Shown: positions 51,307 through 62,520 of the stretch, piece by piece
Layout of the letters: every line of letters begins with the position of its first letter
Numbering within the stretch: position 1 is the first letter of the stretch
DNA from: Octopus vulgaris
Taxonomy: Eukaryota
Length of the DNA: 64,000 bases
Direction: 5' to 3'
NCBI GenBank assembly: GCA_951406725.2
Contig: OX597815.1
Coordinates: 1,240,001-1,304,000 of the forward strand
Program-made: the position numbers and the translations under genes
Notes under the pieces: model-generated
What the model saw: only the letters and a program-made list of their open reading frames with translations
What the model was told of the DNA's origin: nothing
Databases searched by the model: none

Positions 51307-51545
51307 AGGCGGCGAGCTGGCAGAATCGTTAGCAGGCCGGGCGAAATGCTTAGCGGTATTTCATCTGCCGCTACGTTCTGAGTTCAAATTCCGCCGAGGT
51401 CGACTTTGCCTTTCATCCTTTCGGGGTCAATTAAATAAGTACCAGTTATGCACTGGGGTCAATGTAATCGACTTAATCCGTTTGTCTGTCCTTGTTTGTT
51501 CCCTCTGTGTGTGGCCCCTTGTGGGCAGTAAAGAAATAAGTAAGA
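51307..51545 (+). mobile_element. tRNA-derived SINE family B with Nin-like central domain (representative; others near 3570, 5745, 6270-6670, 15080, 27810(-), 34995(-), 35226-35625, 48270, 48545, 49355, 56350, 57710(-))
   Basis: Head GGCGGCGAGCTGGCAGAATCGTTAGC (A-box-like) ... GAGTTCAAATTCC (B box), then GCCTTTCATCCTTTCGGGGTCGATAAATTAAGTACCAG resembling the Nin-SINE domain; some copies are internally dimeric. Confidence 0.8.
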
Positions 51546-51671
51546 AAGGACTTGGTGGGGGAGCAGCAGTGAACTAAGGAAAAAATTTGAGAAGATAATA
51601 CAATGGAATCTCATATTAATCTCTCACGATGGTGGGAAAGTCATTAAATGAAATATTTGTTTTTATTTCAG

Positions 51672-51843
51672 AGCGTGAAAAACCCATCCCATGCTCGACG
51701 TGTGATAATAGTGTTGCTGAACGGGCAGAAGTTGGAGGCCATGTGTGACCCCTCGATGACAGGAAAACAGATTTTCATGGCTTTGACGTCACACATGGGC
51801 CTTGATGAAATCCACCAATTCTTTGGACTTACATATATCCATG
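51672..51843 (+). CDS. PTPN13: PTPN13-like coding exon 11 (FERM F1 lobe)
   Basis: tttcag| SVKNPSHARRVIIVLLNGQKLEAMCDPSMTGKQIFMALTSHMGLDEIHQFFGLTYIH |gtaaga; typical FERM-N sequence; phase 0 to 1. Confidence 0.92.
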
Positions 51844-53001
51844 GTAAGATTTCTTCTGGTTATTTTTGCCTGATTTATTCTTATTAAGGGCTTTGATGAA
51901 GTTATAATATTATGAGGACTTTGATAAATAATTTTCATGGAAAAAAATAATAAAAGATTTTGGATCTACACATCATGAGATCAAATCACACTAAAAGTTC
52001 ATTTAATGTTTCAGCCACCACATTTGATGGCATCAAAGATGCACTTTTGTGCCAAAAACCACCCCCAGATCCTCTATGTGAAGTTTGACCAATATTAAAT
52101 GCCTTAATGGACTAAAATCTTTGTCTTTTTGAATATGCACTATGGAAATTGGGGTACATCTAATATACCCGTTTGTCTTTTGTGGTAACTTTCCAAAGGG
52201 TTAATAGAGTTTTATGTCCCTATAGAGGCAGAGTTGGAATCTGCTTGAGGTACCAGTTATATGTTGGTGTCATTATATTTGACTACAGTCACCCTTCTTA
52301 ATATATTAGGTCTTATGTCTCTCAAAGAAATCATCATCATCATCATTTAATGTGCTGTCATGGGTTGGACAGTTTGAGAGGAGCTGGCAAGGGTGGAGGG
52401 CTGCACCAGGTTCCAGTTGTCTGATTTGGCATAGTTTTTACGGGTGGATGCCCTTACTAATAGCAACCACTTTACAGGGTGCACTGGGTGCTTTTTACAT
52501 GGCACCAACACCTACATTGGAAGTGGGTGAGGTGTTCCTATTGTGTAGAATTATATTTAGGGTTGTGGGGGTGGGATACAAGGTGTTAAAGAAATGGTAT
52601 AATGTGTTTGGAATTAATGGAAGTTTTAGTTGGTTAGTTTTAGGTTAAAGGCTTTCCAGTTGTGACCACCCTTGGTTTCAGGAATAACATATCTAGTATT
52701 ACATCGTTCAGTGTCTCTTGCCTTTTCTTAAGCCATTAGGGTGTAATTTGAGGGGGATTTGGTTGTTATTTCTAGCAGATTGTGGGACCGTGTATGGGCT
52801 TCCTCATTAGTTTGATATAAATTTTATACACACGTCCATCCATTGCCTTGAAAAAAGGACACATTAGATGTCATAGATAGACTGTGTCTGCAGTAATGAT
52901 TAGATTGTCATGGCTGGAATGTCTCTGATGCTAGGTATGATCTCGGACTCAACAACAACAAAATCTAATGCTTTTTTTCTTTTTCTTTATGCAATTTTTA
53001 G

Positions 53002-53149
53002 ATGGCGAACACTTCTTTTTGGAAAACGACACCAAACTGCACAAAGTAGCCCCAGAAGGTTGGCGAGAGGGGAAAAAAGGGCCGGTTGCCATAACTTTTA
53101 TCTTGTTCTTCAGATTGAAGTATTACGGTAGCTCCATTTTAAGTACCCC
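53002..53149 (+). CDS. PTPN13: PTPN13-like coding exon 12 (FERM F1)
   Basis: ttttag| (D)GEHFFLENDTKLHKVAPEGWREGKKGPVAITFILFFRLKYYGSSILST |gtaagt; KVAPEGW and LFFRLKY motifs; phase 1 to 2. Confidence 0.92.
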
Positions 53150-53166
53150 GTAAGTAATCCAACATC

Positions 53167-53248
<82 letters not shown>

Positions 53249-53311
53249 GTGAATGTCATAAAATACCATATAGGAATATATAAGTTGTGTTATCATCATC
53301 ATTGGCGCATA

Positions 53312-53474
53312 TAGGCGCAGGAGTGGCTGTGTGGTAAGTAGCTTGTTTACCAACCACACGGTTCCGGGTTCAGTCCCACTGCGTGGCACCTTGGGCAAGT
53401 GTCTTCTACTATAGCCTCGGGCTGACCAAAGCCTTGTGAGTGGATTTGGTAGACGGAAACTGAAAGAAGCCTGT

Positions 53475-53525
<51 letters not shown>

Positions 53526-53730
53526 TTGTGTGTGTGTGTTTGTCCCCCTAGCATTGCTTGACAATCGATGCTGGTGTGTTTATGTCCCCGTTACTTAGCA
53601 GTTCGGCAAAAGAGACCAATAGAATGAGTGCTGGGCTTACAAAAGAATAAGTCCCGGGGTCGAGTTGCTCGATTAAAGGCGGTGCTCCAGCATGGCCGCA
53701 GTCATATGACTGAAACAAGTGAAAGAGAAA
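53312..53730 (+). mobile_element. tRNA-derived SINE family C, near full-length (others near 7100, 8780, 9925, 11170, 17285(-), 28147, 30640, 35985(-), 54440-55000(-), 59865, 62115, 63850(-))
   Basis: Head GGCGCAGGAGTGGCTGTGTGGTAAG ... GGGTTCAGTCCC (A/B boxes), CCTTGGGCAAGTG core-like segment, internal (TA)n/(TG)n, 3' end ...GACTGAAACAAGTAAAAGA. Confidence 0.82.
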
Positions 53731-54108
53731 GAGTATTGTTTAATGTCCGTTTTCCATGCTGTCATGGACTGGACGGTTTAACAGCAGATGGCAAGGTTGG
53801 AGAGCCACACCAGGTTCCATAGCCTGTTTTGGTATGGTTTCTATGGCTGGATGCCCTTCCTAATGACAACCACTCCACAGAGTGTACTTGATGCTTTTCA
53901 TGTGGCACCAGTATGGGTTCTTTATAAGTGGCGCCAGCCATATATTAATGTCATAGGTAGATACACACACACACACACATACGCACACGTAATCCTGTAT
54001 CATTAATCCGTTACAAATGTTAGTGTCTCCACCTGTAACTATCATCATCATCATTGTCATCATCGATAACAACCATAATATCTCAAATGAATCCATTCTT
54101 ATTTTCAG

Positions 54109-54394
54109 CAATTACCAACAACTGTTGTATCTTCAGCTCCGCCAAGACATCCTCGAAGAACGGTTTGAGTGTGACGAGAACCGTGCACTGTCACTGGCTG
54201 CTTTTGCTCTGCAAGTGGAATACGGCAGCTACAAGAAGGAGATGATGGGTCGCAACTATTTTGTGCCCGAGTACTACTTCAGTAAACGTATTCTGAACCT
54301 GTATGGCCTGGCATTTATTAGGGACCACACTCCCGAAGCCCACCGTTCCATCTCTGGCATGAGCAGTGATGATGCCATGGCAAAGTTTATTAGA
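54109..54394 (+). CDS. PTPN13: PTPN13-like coding exon 13 (FERM F2 lobe)
   Basis: tttcag| (P)NYQQLLYLQLRQDILEERFECDENRALSLAAFALQVEYGSY...NYFVPEYY...AMAKFIR |gtaagt; FERM central domain; phase 2 to 0. Confidence 0.94.
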
Positions 54395-54439
54395 GTAAGT
54401 TCAAATCACGTTGGTCATTTTTTTTTTTTTTTTTTTTTT

Positions 54440-55000
54440 TACTCTTTTTACTTGTTTCAGTCATTTTGACTGCGGCCATGCTGGAGCACCGCCTTTAATC
54501 GAGCAACTCTACCCCGGGACTTATTCTTTTGTAAGCCCAGTACTTATTCTATCGGTCTCTTTTGCCGAACCGCTAAGTGACGGGGGACGTAAACACACCA
54601 GCATCGGTTGTCAAGCAATGCTAGGGGAACAGACACACATACATCATCATCATCATCATCATCATTTAGCGTCCGTTTTCCATGCTAGCATGGGTTGGAC
54701 GGTTCAACTGGGGTCTGGGGAGCCCGAAGGCTGCACCAGGCCAGTCAGATCTGGCAGTGTTTCTACAGCTGGATGCCCTTCCTAACGCCAACCACTCCGA
54801 GAGTGTATATATATATATATATACATACATATATACGACGGGCTTCTTTCAGTTTCTGTCTACCAAATCCACTCGCAAGGCATTGGTCGGCCCGGGGCTA
54901 TAGCAGAAGACACTTGCCCAAGATGCCACGCAGTGGGACTGAACCCGGAACCATGTGGTTGGTTAGCAAGCTACTTACCACACAGCCACTCCTGCGCCTA
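54440..55000 (-). mobile_element. SINE family C copy with a nested family A insertion, just downstream of the exon 13 donor
   Basis: Reverse complement of family C; GTTGGTCATTTTTTTT on both sides (about 54410 and 55002) as TSD; family A piece at 54642-54805 inside its microsatellite. Confidence 0.82.
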
Positions 55001-55039
55001 TGTTGGTCATTTTTTTTTGGTTAGTGTCAGGAAAGAATG

Positions 55040-55873
55040 AACTGTCATCTAAATTACACAAAAATGAAAATAACACTGACGTCTCATTTTAACAGCTATA
55101 TTTATCAAAATTACATAAAGATATCTTGAAATACTCAAGAGAAAATTTATTCAATAAAATTGCCAGACGACTTTGGAATCTCCTGTAACTCTTCTGGATG
55201 GTCTCCTTGTTTAAGTTGGTGAACGCTGCCATAATCCTTGGCTTCAGTTCACCTTTGGTGTTACAAGGAGTTTTGTTGATCTCTTGCTCAACTGCGTCCC
55301 ACACATAATAATCAAGGGGGTTTCAGTCTGGGGAGTTAGGTGGTCAGATGTTAGGGGTGATGTGGTTGCAGAAATTGTCTGACAGCCATGACTGGGTTCT
55401 CCTGCTTGTGTGATATGGTGCAGAGTCCTGTTATCAGACATAAGATTTTCCAGCAGCCACCCTCTTCACCCAGGGCAGCACTACCTCCTCCAGGCATTTG
55501 ATGTAGGCCTCTGTGTTGAGTCTGATGCCATGTGGGAAGATGAATGGAGGCATAACATTGCCTTCATTAGTGATCACTCCAAACTCCATCACATTGACTG
55601 GATGTTTCATTTTTATCACTCTCGGTCCATGTCCTCAGATTGACACCCAAACACCCTGAAATGTTCGTATTGGAGCTTCTGGCATGAATGCCAAGCAGTA
55701 CAGAATGTTGTTTCCAAATTTCTGGCAGAGTGAATTGCGTCATGGTACTGGTTTCCTCACAGATGGTACCCAGCTGACCCTACAATACTGTGTAGTTGAC
55801 AAAATCAAAAACAAACTATGTGCATGCATGAAATAAAAAATAAGACATGGCAACAGTTTACCCATCACACCCA
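55040..55873 (-). mobile_element. Internally deleted maT-family (DD37D) Tc1/mariner transposon
   Basis: KHPVNVMEFGVITNEGNVMPPFIFPHGIRLNTEAYIKCLEEVVLPW...QDSAPYHTS + 37 residues to D in PPNSPD*NPLDY; stops present; ends approximate. Confidence 0.8.
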
Positions 55874-56033
55874 TGTGTGTGTGTACGTACGTGTATGTAT
55901 ATATGTGTATGTATATATATATGTATGTATGTATATATGTATGTATATATATGTATATATATATGTATGTACATATATATATGTATGTATATATATTTAT
56001 GTATATATGTATGTATATGTATGTATGTATATA

Positions 56034-56071
<38 letters not shown>

Positions 56072-56136
56072 CATATATAAAAAATTAACAGAATGGTCTA
56101 AAAATCCAAAGATTTCAGAACATTTATAAAGAGAAA

Positions 56137-56184
56137 GTCTTACAGCTGTTTCCGGGATATTTATTATATCCCTTCATTGGAGAC
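56137..56184 (-). ncRNA. Hammerhead variant, second copy of the 11402 family (decayed core)
   Basis: Minus: GTCT-CCAATGA-A-GGGATAT...ATATCCC-G-GAAA-CAGCTG-TA-AGAC; stems I-III intact, core G5 lost. Confidence 0.45.
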
Positions 56185-56785
56185 GGTGCAAGAAAATGGT
56201 TAAGCAATAGTTATTCTAGAGAAGTTATGAAATGGAGAGTGAAGTGGAGGAATGAAAATAGACATGAGATATGCAGGGACATTGTATCTTCAGTTCCATT
56301 ATTTAGGCAGAATGGTATACATATAAGAATGGCAGAATGGTATACATCATGGTGGCAAGTTGGCAGAAATGTTAGCGTGCCGGGCAAAATGCTTAGCAGT
56401 ATTTCGTCTGCCGTTACATTCTGAGTTCAAATTTCACTGAGGTCAACTTTGCCATTCATTCTTTTGGGGTCAATAAATTAAGTACCAGTTACGCACTGGG
56501 GTCGAATTAATCGACTTTATCCCTTTGTTTGTCCCCACTATATTTAGCCCCTTGTGGGCAATAAAGAAATAAGAATGGTATATATATATAAGATTCCAAT
56601 ACCTTGTGAGAAAGTTCCAATAGTATTTAAAATTAGTCGTTCCAAGTATAGAGTTTGTACACAGTGTTATTGAATCGAGGGTTTTATTTAAAGTGACTTG
56701 TGTGTGTGTGTGTGTGTGTGTTTCAATACATCATCAATAAAAACTCTTGAACAATTCATGGAGTTTCCTCAATTTCTCTTTGTAG

Positions 56786-56836
56786 TTGGTCCAAGAACTT
56801 CCTGAGTATGGGACTCATTTCCATAAAGTCTACAAG
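56786..56836 (+). CDS. PTPN13: PTPN13-like coding exon 14 (FERM F2/F3 junction)
   Basis: ttgtag| LVQELPEYGTHFHKVYK |gttggt; conserved LPEYGxHF motif; phase 0 to 0. Confidence 0.9.
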
Positions 56837-57233
56837 GTTGGTTTTACTGACATTTCTCAACCCGAAATGCTTTAAGTATTTCTTAATCCCACCCTTATCT
56901 TTATCTTTCTCTTCAATTCCTCAACCCATTTGTTTTTCCATTCTTAAACATTTATTATTAAGCCTATATGCATGTGTGTTATTAAGATATCTGCTTTTAA
57001 TTTAGAAATACTAAATAAATTTTCACAAAATATAATATATATATATAAATTAGAAACAAACCACCTTTCATCAATTCAAAATGAAAAATTAGATTACACC
57101 ATCTAGAAAATTACATATAATATAAATATTAAAATTAAAATAAAAAATATAACGATGATTAAGTAATGTACAAAATAATAAATAAAACGTATATATTTGG
57201 TGTATATATATATCATCATCACTGCTAAAGTGC

Positions 57234-57269
<36 letters not shown>

Positions 57270-57391
57270 AGATGATGATTATATATATATATATATATAT
57301 ATATAAGAAGGAGAATGGAAAATTTGAAAATTCTGCCATTGTTTCATCAATGTTTTACCAGAAGTTTGTTTATAAAATTTTGTATTTCCAG

Positions 57392-57612
57392 ACAAAGAAT
57401 GAAAACCCGTCCAGTATGTCTTGGATTGGCATCAGTTCCCACAGCATGATTATTGCTGAAAACCTGAAGAAAGATCGAGTGATTGTGGAACGGCAGCCTT
57501 GGGAAATGGTTGACAAATTGTCCTTCAAAGGGAAACGCTTCACTGTGCAGCTGAAGCCGGGTTTATCAGGCAAAGCCTCAAAGGCCCACTTTTACACCAG
57601 CAGTCACAGAAA
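57392..57612 (+). CDS. PTPN13: PTPN13-like coding exon 15 (FERM F3, PH-like lobe)
   Basis: tttccag| TKNENPSSMSWIGISSHSMII...QPWEMVDKLSFKGKRFTVQL...AHFYTSSHR |gtaagt; W...KLSF..K.F motif; phase 0 to 2. Confidence 0.92.
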
Positions 57613-58698
57613 GTAAGTTACTAACATTGTCATTTTTTTTTTGGTGGGGGGGCGGGGTTGTGTGTATGTATGTAGGGCCTTTGGATGTTGGATGATGATA
57701 ATAATAATAATCCTTTCTACCATAGGCACAAGGCCTGAAATTTTAGGGGATAGGGCTACTTGATTATATCAACCCCAGTGTATAACTGGCAGTTATTTCT
57801 TCAACCCCAAAACGATGAAAGACAAAGTCAACCTCTGCAGGATTTGAACTCAGAATGGATGAAATGCTGCTAAGCATTTTACCCTGTGTGCTAATGATTC
57901 TGCCAGCTCAACGTCTTGGATAATAATCATCATCATCGTCATCGTCATTTAATGTCCGCTTTCCCTGCTGTCATGGGTTGGACGGATTGACTGAGGGCTG
58001 GCAAGCCAGAAGGCTGCACCAGGCTCCAATCTGATCTGGCAAGGTTTCTACAGCTGAATGCCCTTCCTAATGCCAACCACTCTGAGAGTGTAGCGGGTGC
58101 TTTTTACGAGGGCCAGTCAGGCGGTTCTGGCATCGACTACACTTGAATGGTGCTTTTAACGTGCCACCAGCAAGGGAGCCAGTCAATAATGATGATGATG
58201 ATGATGAACTTATTGTATACAATACATTACAACTTGAGTTTTAATGGGGAATGACATTAACTTTAAGGTTGGATCAAAATAGAACATCATTATTTTATGT
58301 CCATGTACCACGTACTGGCATGGTTTGGATGGTTTGACTCAGATCCAATGAGTCAAGGACTGCATCCAGTGTCCAGTGCCTGCTTTGGCCTGATTTCTAC
58401 AGCTTGATGCCCTTCCTAGACGGAAGTTATTTTATCATCATTTTATTTCTGTTTTCCATGCTGGTATGAGTTGGAAGGGTTATGATGGTCAAAGTCCTTT
58501 CTTATAAGGAAGCACTGCTCCCAAAGTCTAGGGGTTTCTATGTCTGCCCTATTTAGATCAGTTCAAAAGTGTCCCTAGGACACATCCACTTATCTGTTGA
58601 ACTCTTTTTACCAATATACTTATACTAAAATTGTAAACGTATATATCTGCAGAGTTAATAAATATATATTTAAATAATATTTTGTCTTGATTTTACAG

Positions 58699-58793
58699 AG
58701 GGCGCTACCTACTTCAGTTATCCACAGATCAACACAAATTCCAGCTCAAGATAAACCAAGAGCTGGGCTTTGACTCACAAGACTTCAAATCAG
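58699..58793 (+). CDS. PTPN13: PTPN13-like coding exon 16 (FERM C-terminal helix)
   Basis: ttttacag| (K)GRYLLQLSTDQHKFQLKINQELGFDSQDFKS |gtaagt; resembles PTPN13 YLLHLCSxQHKFQLQM; phase 2 to 1. Confidence 0.9.
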
Positions 58794-59336
58794 GTAAGTG
58801 ATTCTACCAACAATATAAATACCTTTCCCAGAGTACCCAGACCCAATATTTTGGTCTAATTAAAGGGTATTGTCACAGAACTAGTGAATGGATGACGACG
58901 TCTTTATACTCTTTGGAAATGATTTTTACTTAGAATTTGTTGGTGCCAACCATCAGTAGTTTCCTTAGACTCTGCTGTGTCTTACCTTTTTTACATCAAA
59001 GAAATGTCTAACAGACACAACTGTTTGGTTGAGAAGTTCACTTTGTAATCCCATAGGTCTGAGATCAGTCCCACTGCACAGCACCTCCGCCACAGATTCA
59101 GATTGACCAATGTTTCATGAGTGGAATTTGGTCGTCAGAGCAGTCTTGTTCCAGAAGTTGCATACCCAGGACAAAAAAATTTGTTTTTTAATCTCTCCTT
59201 CTTTAAGGTTGATATTTGACTGCTATTTCTAGTCAGTTGAACGACTGTCCAGACGTCCACTGTCATTGTTTCATACCAAAATGGTTCACGAAATTTTTGG
59301 TATATTTCTAATGATCCTCTTCCTTTCTCTTCCCAG

Positions 59337-59419
59337 TGGATCCTCCACCATTTGCTGACATAGAATTTGCGGATGCTGACGACTGCGATGAAGAATCTCT
59401 CAGTCTTGGAAATTCCGAA
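59337..59419 (+). CDS. PTPN13: PTPN13-like coding exon 17 (post-FERM acidic linker)
   Basis: long pyrimidine tract ending tcccag| (V)DPPPFADIEFADADDCDEESLSLGNSE |gtaaat; phase 1 to 0. Confidence 0.78.
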
Positions 59420-60137
59420 GTAAATATGAAATTCCTTTATATTTTTATTTCTTTTACCTTTTTTTTTCCAATTGTTTGTGTTGTCCAGAAATTTGCTTCC
59501 CAACCCTATAGTCTCAGGTTCAGTCCCCCTGCATGGCACCTTGGGTGAGTGTCTTCCAGGTTGACCAAAGCCTCTGTAGATGGAAACTGAAAGAAGCCTC
59601 TTATATGTGTATTTGTGTGTGCCTGTGTGTAGCCTTGTCTAGACATGATGCGATGGTTGTAAATGAGCATCACTGTCATATTAGCAGTGTTGTTCATTTC
59701 CAGTCTTCCTTGGAAACCTGTCTGGCCATGTGGGAAAATATTACCTCCCTTGGGAATAGGTGAGAGTTGGTGACTGGGAAGGCATCCGGCTGTAGAAAAC
59801 CTGCTTCGACAAATTCTGTCTGATCCATGGAAGCATGGAGATGTGGATGTTGGGACTATGATGATTTTTGTGGCTGTGTGGTAAGAAGTTTGCTTCTCAA
59901 TCACAAGATTCCAGGTTCAGTCCTTGTACGTGGCACCTTAGGCAAGTGTCTTCTGCTATAGCCTTGGGTCGACCAAAGGCTTGAGAATGAATTTGGTGGA
60001 TGGAAACTGAAAGAAACCTGTCGTATATATATATAGATATAGATATATTTGTGTGTTTAATGTTGACTTGTTTTGACCTCCCATAGTAATTGGTAAAAAT
60101 GCCAAAAATTGAACTTAAACTTTTGTTGTAATTCCAG

Positions 60138-60202
60138 ATGAACACATCAATTCCTAGTTATGATTTCCAACCAGAATCATTTGGAGTTCCAGCACCGATG
60201 TG
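60138..60202 (+). CDS. PTPN13: PTPN13-like coding exon 18 (linker)
   Basis: attccag| MNTSIPSYDFQPESFGVPAPM |gtaagc; phase 0 to 2 fits neighbours; no homology evidence. Confidence 0.7.
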
Positions 60203-61550
60203 GTAAGCCTTGCCGCTTTGGCTCTTTATTTTATGCCTGCTCAATCTGATATGTAACTTGGCTAACACCTGATACCCACCAACCCACCCCAAAACAAAAA
60301 AGATTAAAGATTATAAGTTGGATTAGCACAAAGAATGGAAACCAATAAGTTAAGTTTGGTTGGCATGAGGAATGGAAGAATCTAGTATTTGGAACGCAGA
60401 TCTCTCAATGGAGTGGTCAGATACTCAGCAGTGGAAGTGATAAGAAAAGTGAATTGGTTGTTTGTCCAAAAATGTGAGACTTTTTCACTAAATTGGCAAA
60501 TTCTTTGATTCAATTACTATTTGTTGTTGATGCTGATCGTCTGGACATTAAAAGAGTTTCTCAAAATTGCTCAGGTATACTTTTAACTTTGCTACTATTT
60601 CTAGCAGGTGGAGTGTCCACATAGAGGTCCCCTGCATCAGTCACGGTGGTGACACTGATGAAACATGTAGAGTACAGTGTTACTGCAATGCAGAGTACAG
60701 CTACACTGTACTCTATACTGTACTCTCTACGCTACATCTAACAATGGTGCCAGAGTAATTGTGGCTGTTGTCTCCAGTTGTGAGCCTTTTCGTTTAAATA
60801 TTTAATCAGGTTTTGAAAATTTCATCCATATTTTTCTTTGACTGAACGGAGAATTTCCTCTTCGTTTTCCACTTTTAAATTCAAAAAAGTCCAAGACACC
60901 TGATTGTTAGCAAAGGTGAGTCTCATATATTGCGGCCATGATGTTCCAAACATTATTTCCGACAACTTTGGGAGTTAAGAGGGGAAATCTCTATGTTGTC
61001 TGCCAACCAGCTAGAAACAACAGCCAAATCTCTTTTGACACGCTTTAACTGCTATTTCTAGTGGCCAAATCTCCCTCAAATCACACCCCTTCAGGGAAAG
61101 GATATATTGGTTAATAGAGATTGGGAAATTCCTAAAAAGCACAGGATGGTTATGGCTCATGTTGGTTGATCAGGTGCCACATGGTCATGGCAGATGAGGA
61201 AGTACCTCACAGGGACAGGGTCTGACTGCAACTCTGCCTGACAACTGGCAAATGCAGTAATGCAATTGCACAGTCTCCCACACCTGACCTGAACCAAGAG
61301 CAGTGTCAGAGGGGTTGGTATTAAAAGGGCTAAGTCTACCACGCAATGTGAAGGATATTGTGCTTTCTGTCCTTTTAAGAAAAAAAGGTATGATGGAGAT
61401 TTGGTTGCTATTTCTAGCAGGTCGGGCAACTCTATAAAAGCTCTGTTGTCAGATCATGGAAGATGTAGGTGTCATGAAGGAAGCCTTAAGCAAGAACATC
61501 AGCTACCCATCTCCTCTATTAACCGGCTTGTTTTATCTATTTACTGGCAG

Positions 61551-61648
61551 TAGTCTGGAATCTAACCCCAAACAAGTTGCAGAGTCGGAAGATCTTGTCA
61601 AAGATAACATTATTGCATGTTTGCATGAAACCAAGTCTTCTAATCTAG
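61551..61648 (+). CDS. PTPN13: PTPN13-like coding exon 19 (linker); gene continues beyond window
   Basis: tggcag| (C)SLESNPKQVAESEDLVKDNIIACLHETKSSNL |gtttgt; phase 2 to 1; supported by splice signals and phase only. Confidence 0.62.
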
Positions 61649-62114
61649 GTTTGTAACTCTCTCTCTCTTTATCTCTCTCTGCCTCTCTCTTTATCTCTCT
61701 CTGCCTCTCCCTTTATCTCTCTCTGCCTCTCCCCTTTCTCTCTCTCTCTTTCCCTATCTCTCTACCCTCCCCCTCTCTCTCTACATTAATATTATATTTC
61801 TCCTCTTTTTTCTTCCATCAAATGCAAACTATTTTCTGCTTTGCTTTTCTTTTTAACATTTTTCTTTTTTTTCTTTTCTTTTTGTTTGACAATTAAAAAA
61901 AAAACCCCAGCAAAATTAATATATTTGCTTTCAGCCCATTTGAAACAACACCTTATTTTAAAAGAATTTGTTATTTAATTAAAAACTCTCATTATAATTT
62001 TACAAAAGAATTATTTATTTGTCTTCCAAACCCTAGTGTAGTCATGACAACTATAGTTTGTTATTAAATAACTCTAAATTATTAGATATTTTCAAAATTA
62101 ATTAAGAAATAATT

Positions 62115-62520
62115 AAGGCGCAGGAGTGGCTGTGTGGTAAGTAGCTTGCTAACCAACCACATGGTTCCGGGTTCAGTCCCACTGCATGGCATCTTGGGCA
62201 AGTGTCTTCTGCTATAGCCCCGGGCCGACTAATGCCTTGTGAGTGGATTTGGTAGAGGGAAACTGGAAGAAGCCTGTCGTATATATGTATATATATATAT
62301 ATATATGTGTGTGCGTGTGTCTTTGTCCCCCTAGCATTGCTTGACAACCGATGCTGGTGTGTTTATGTCTCCGTTACTTAGTGGTTCAGCAAAAGAGACC
62401 GATAGAATAAGTACTGGGCTTACAAAAAGAACAAGTCCCGGGGTCGAGTTGCTCGACTAAAGGCGGTGCTCCAGCATGGCCGCAGTCAAATGACTGAAAC
62501 AAGTAAAAGAGTAAAAGAAC
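62115..62520 (+). mobile_element. SINE family C, full-length, flanked by a 99-bp direct repeat
   Basis: Complete head-to-tail match to 53312-53730; flanks 62014-62112 and 62524-62622 are identical. Confidence 0.88.
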
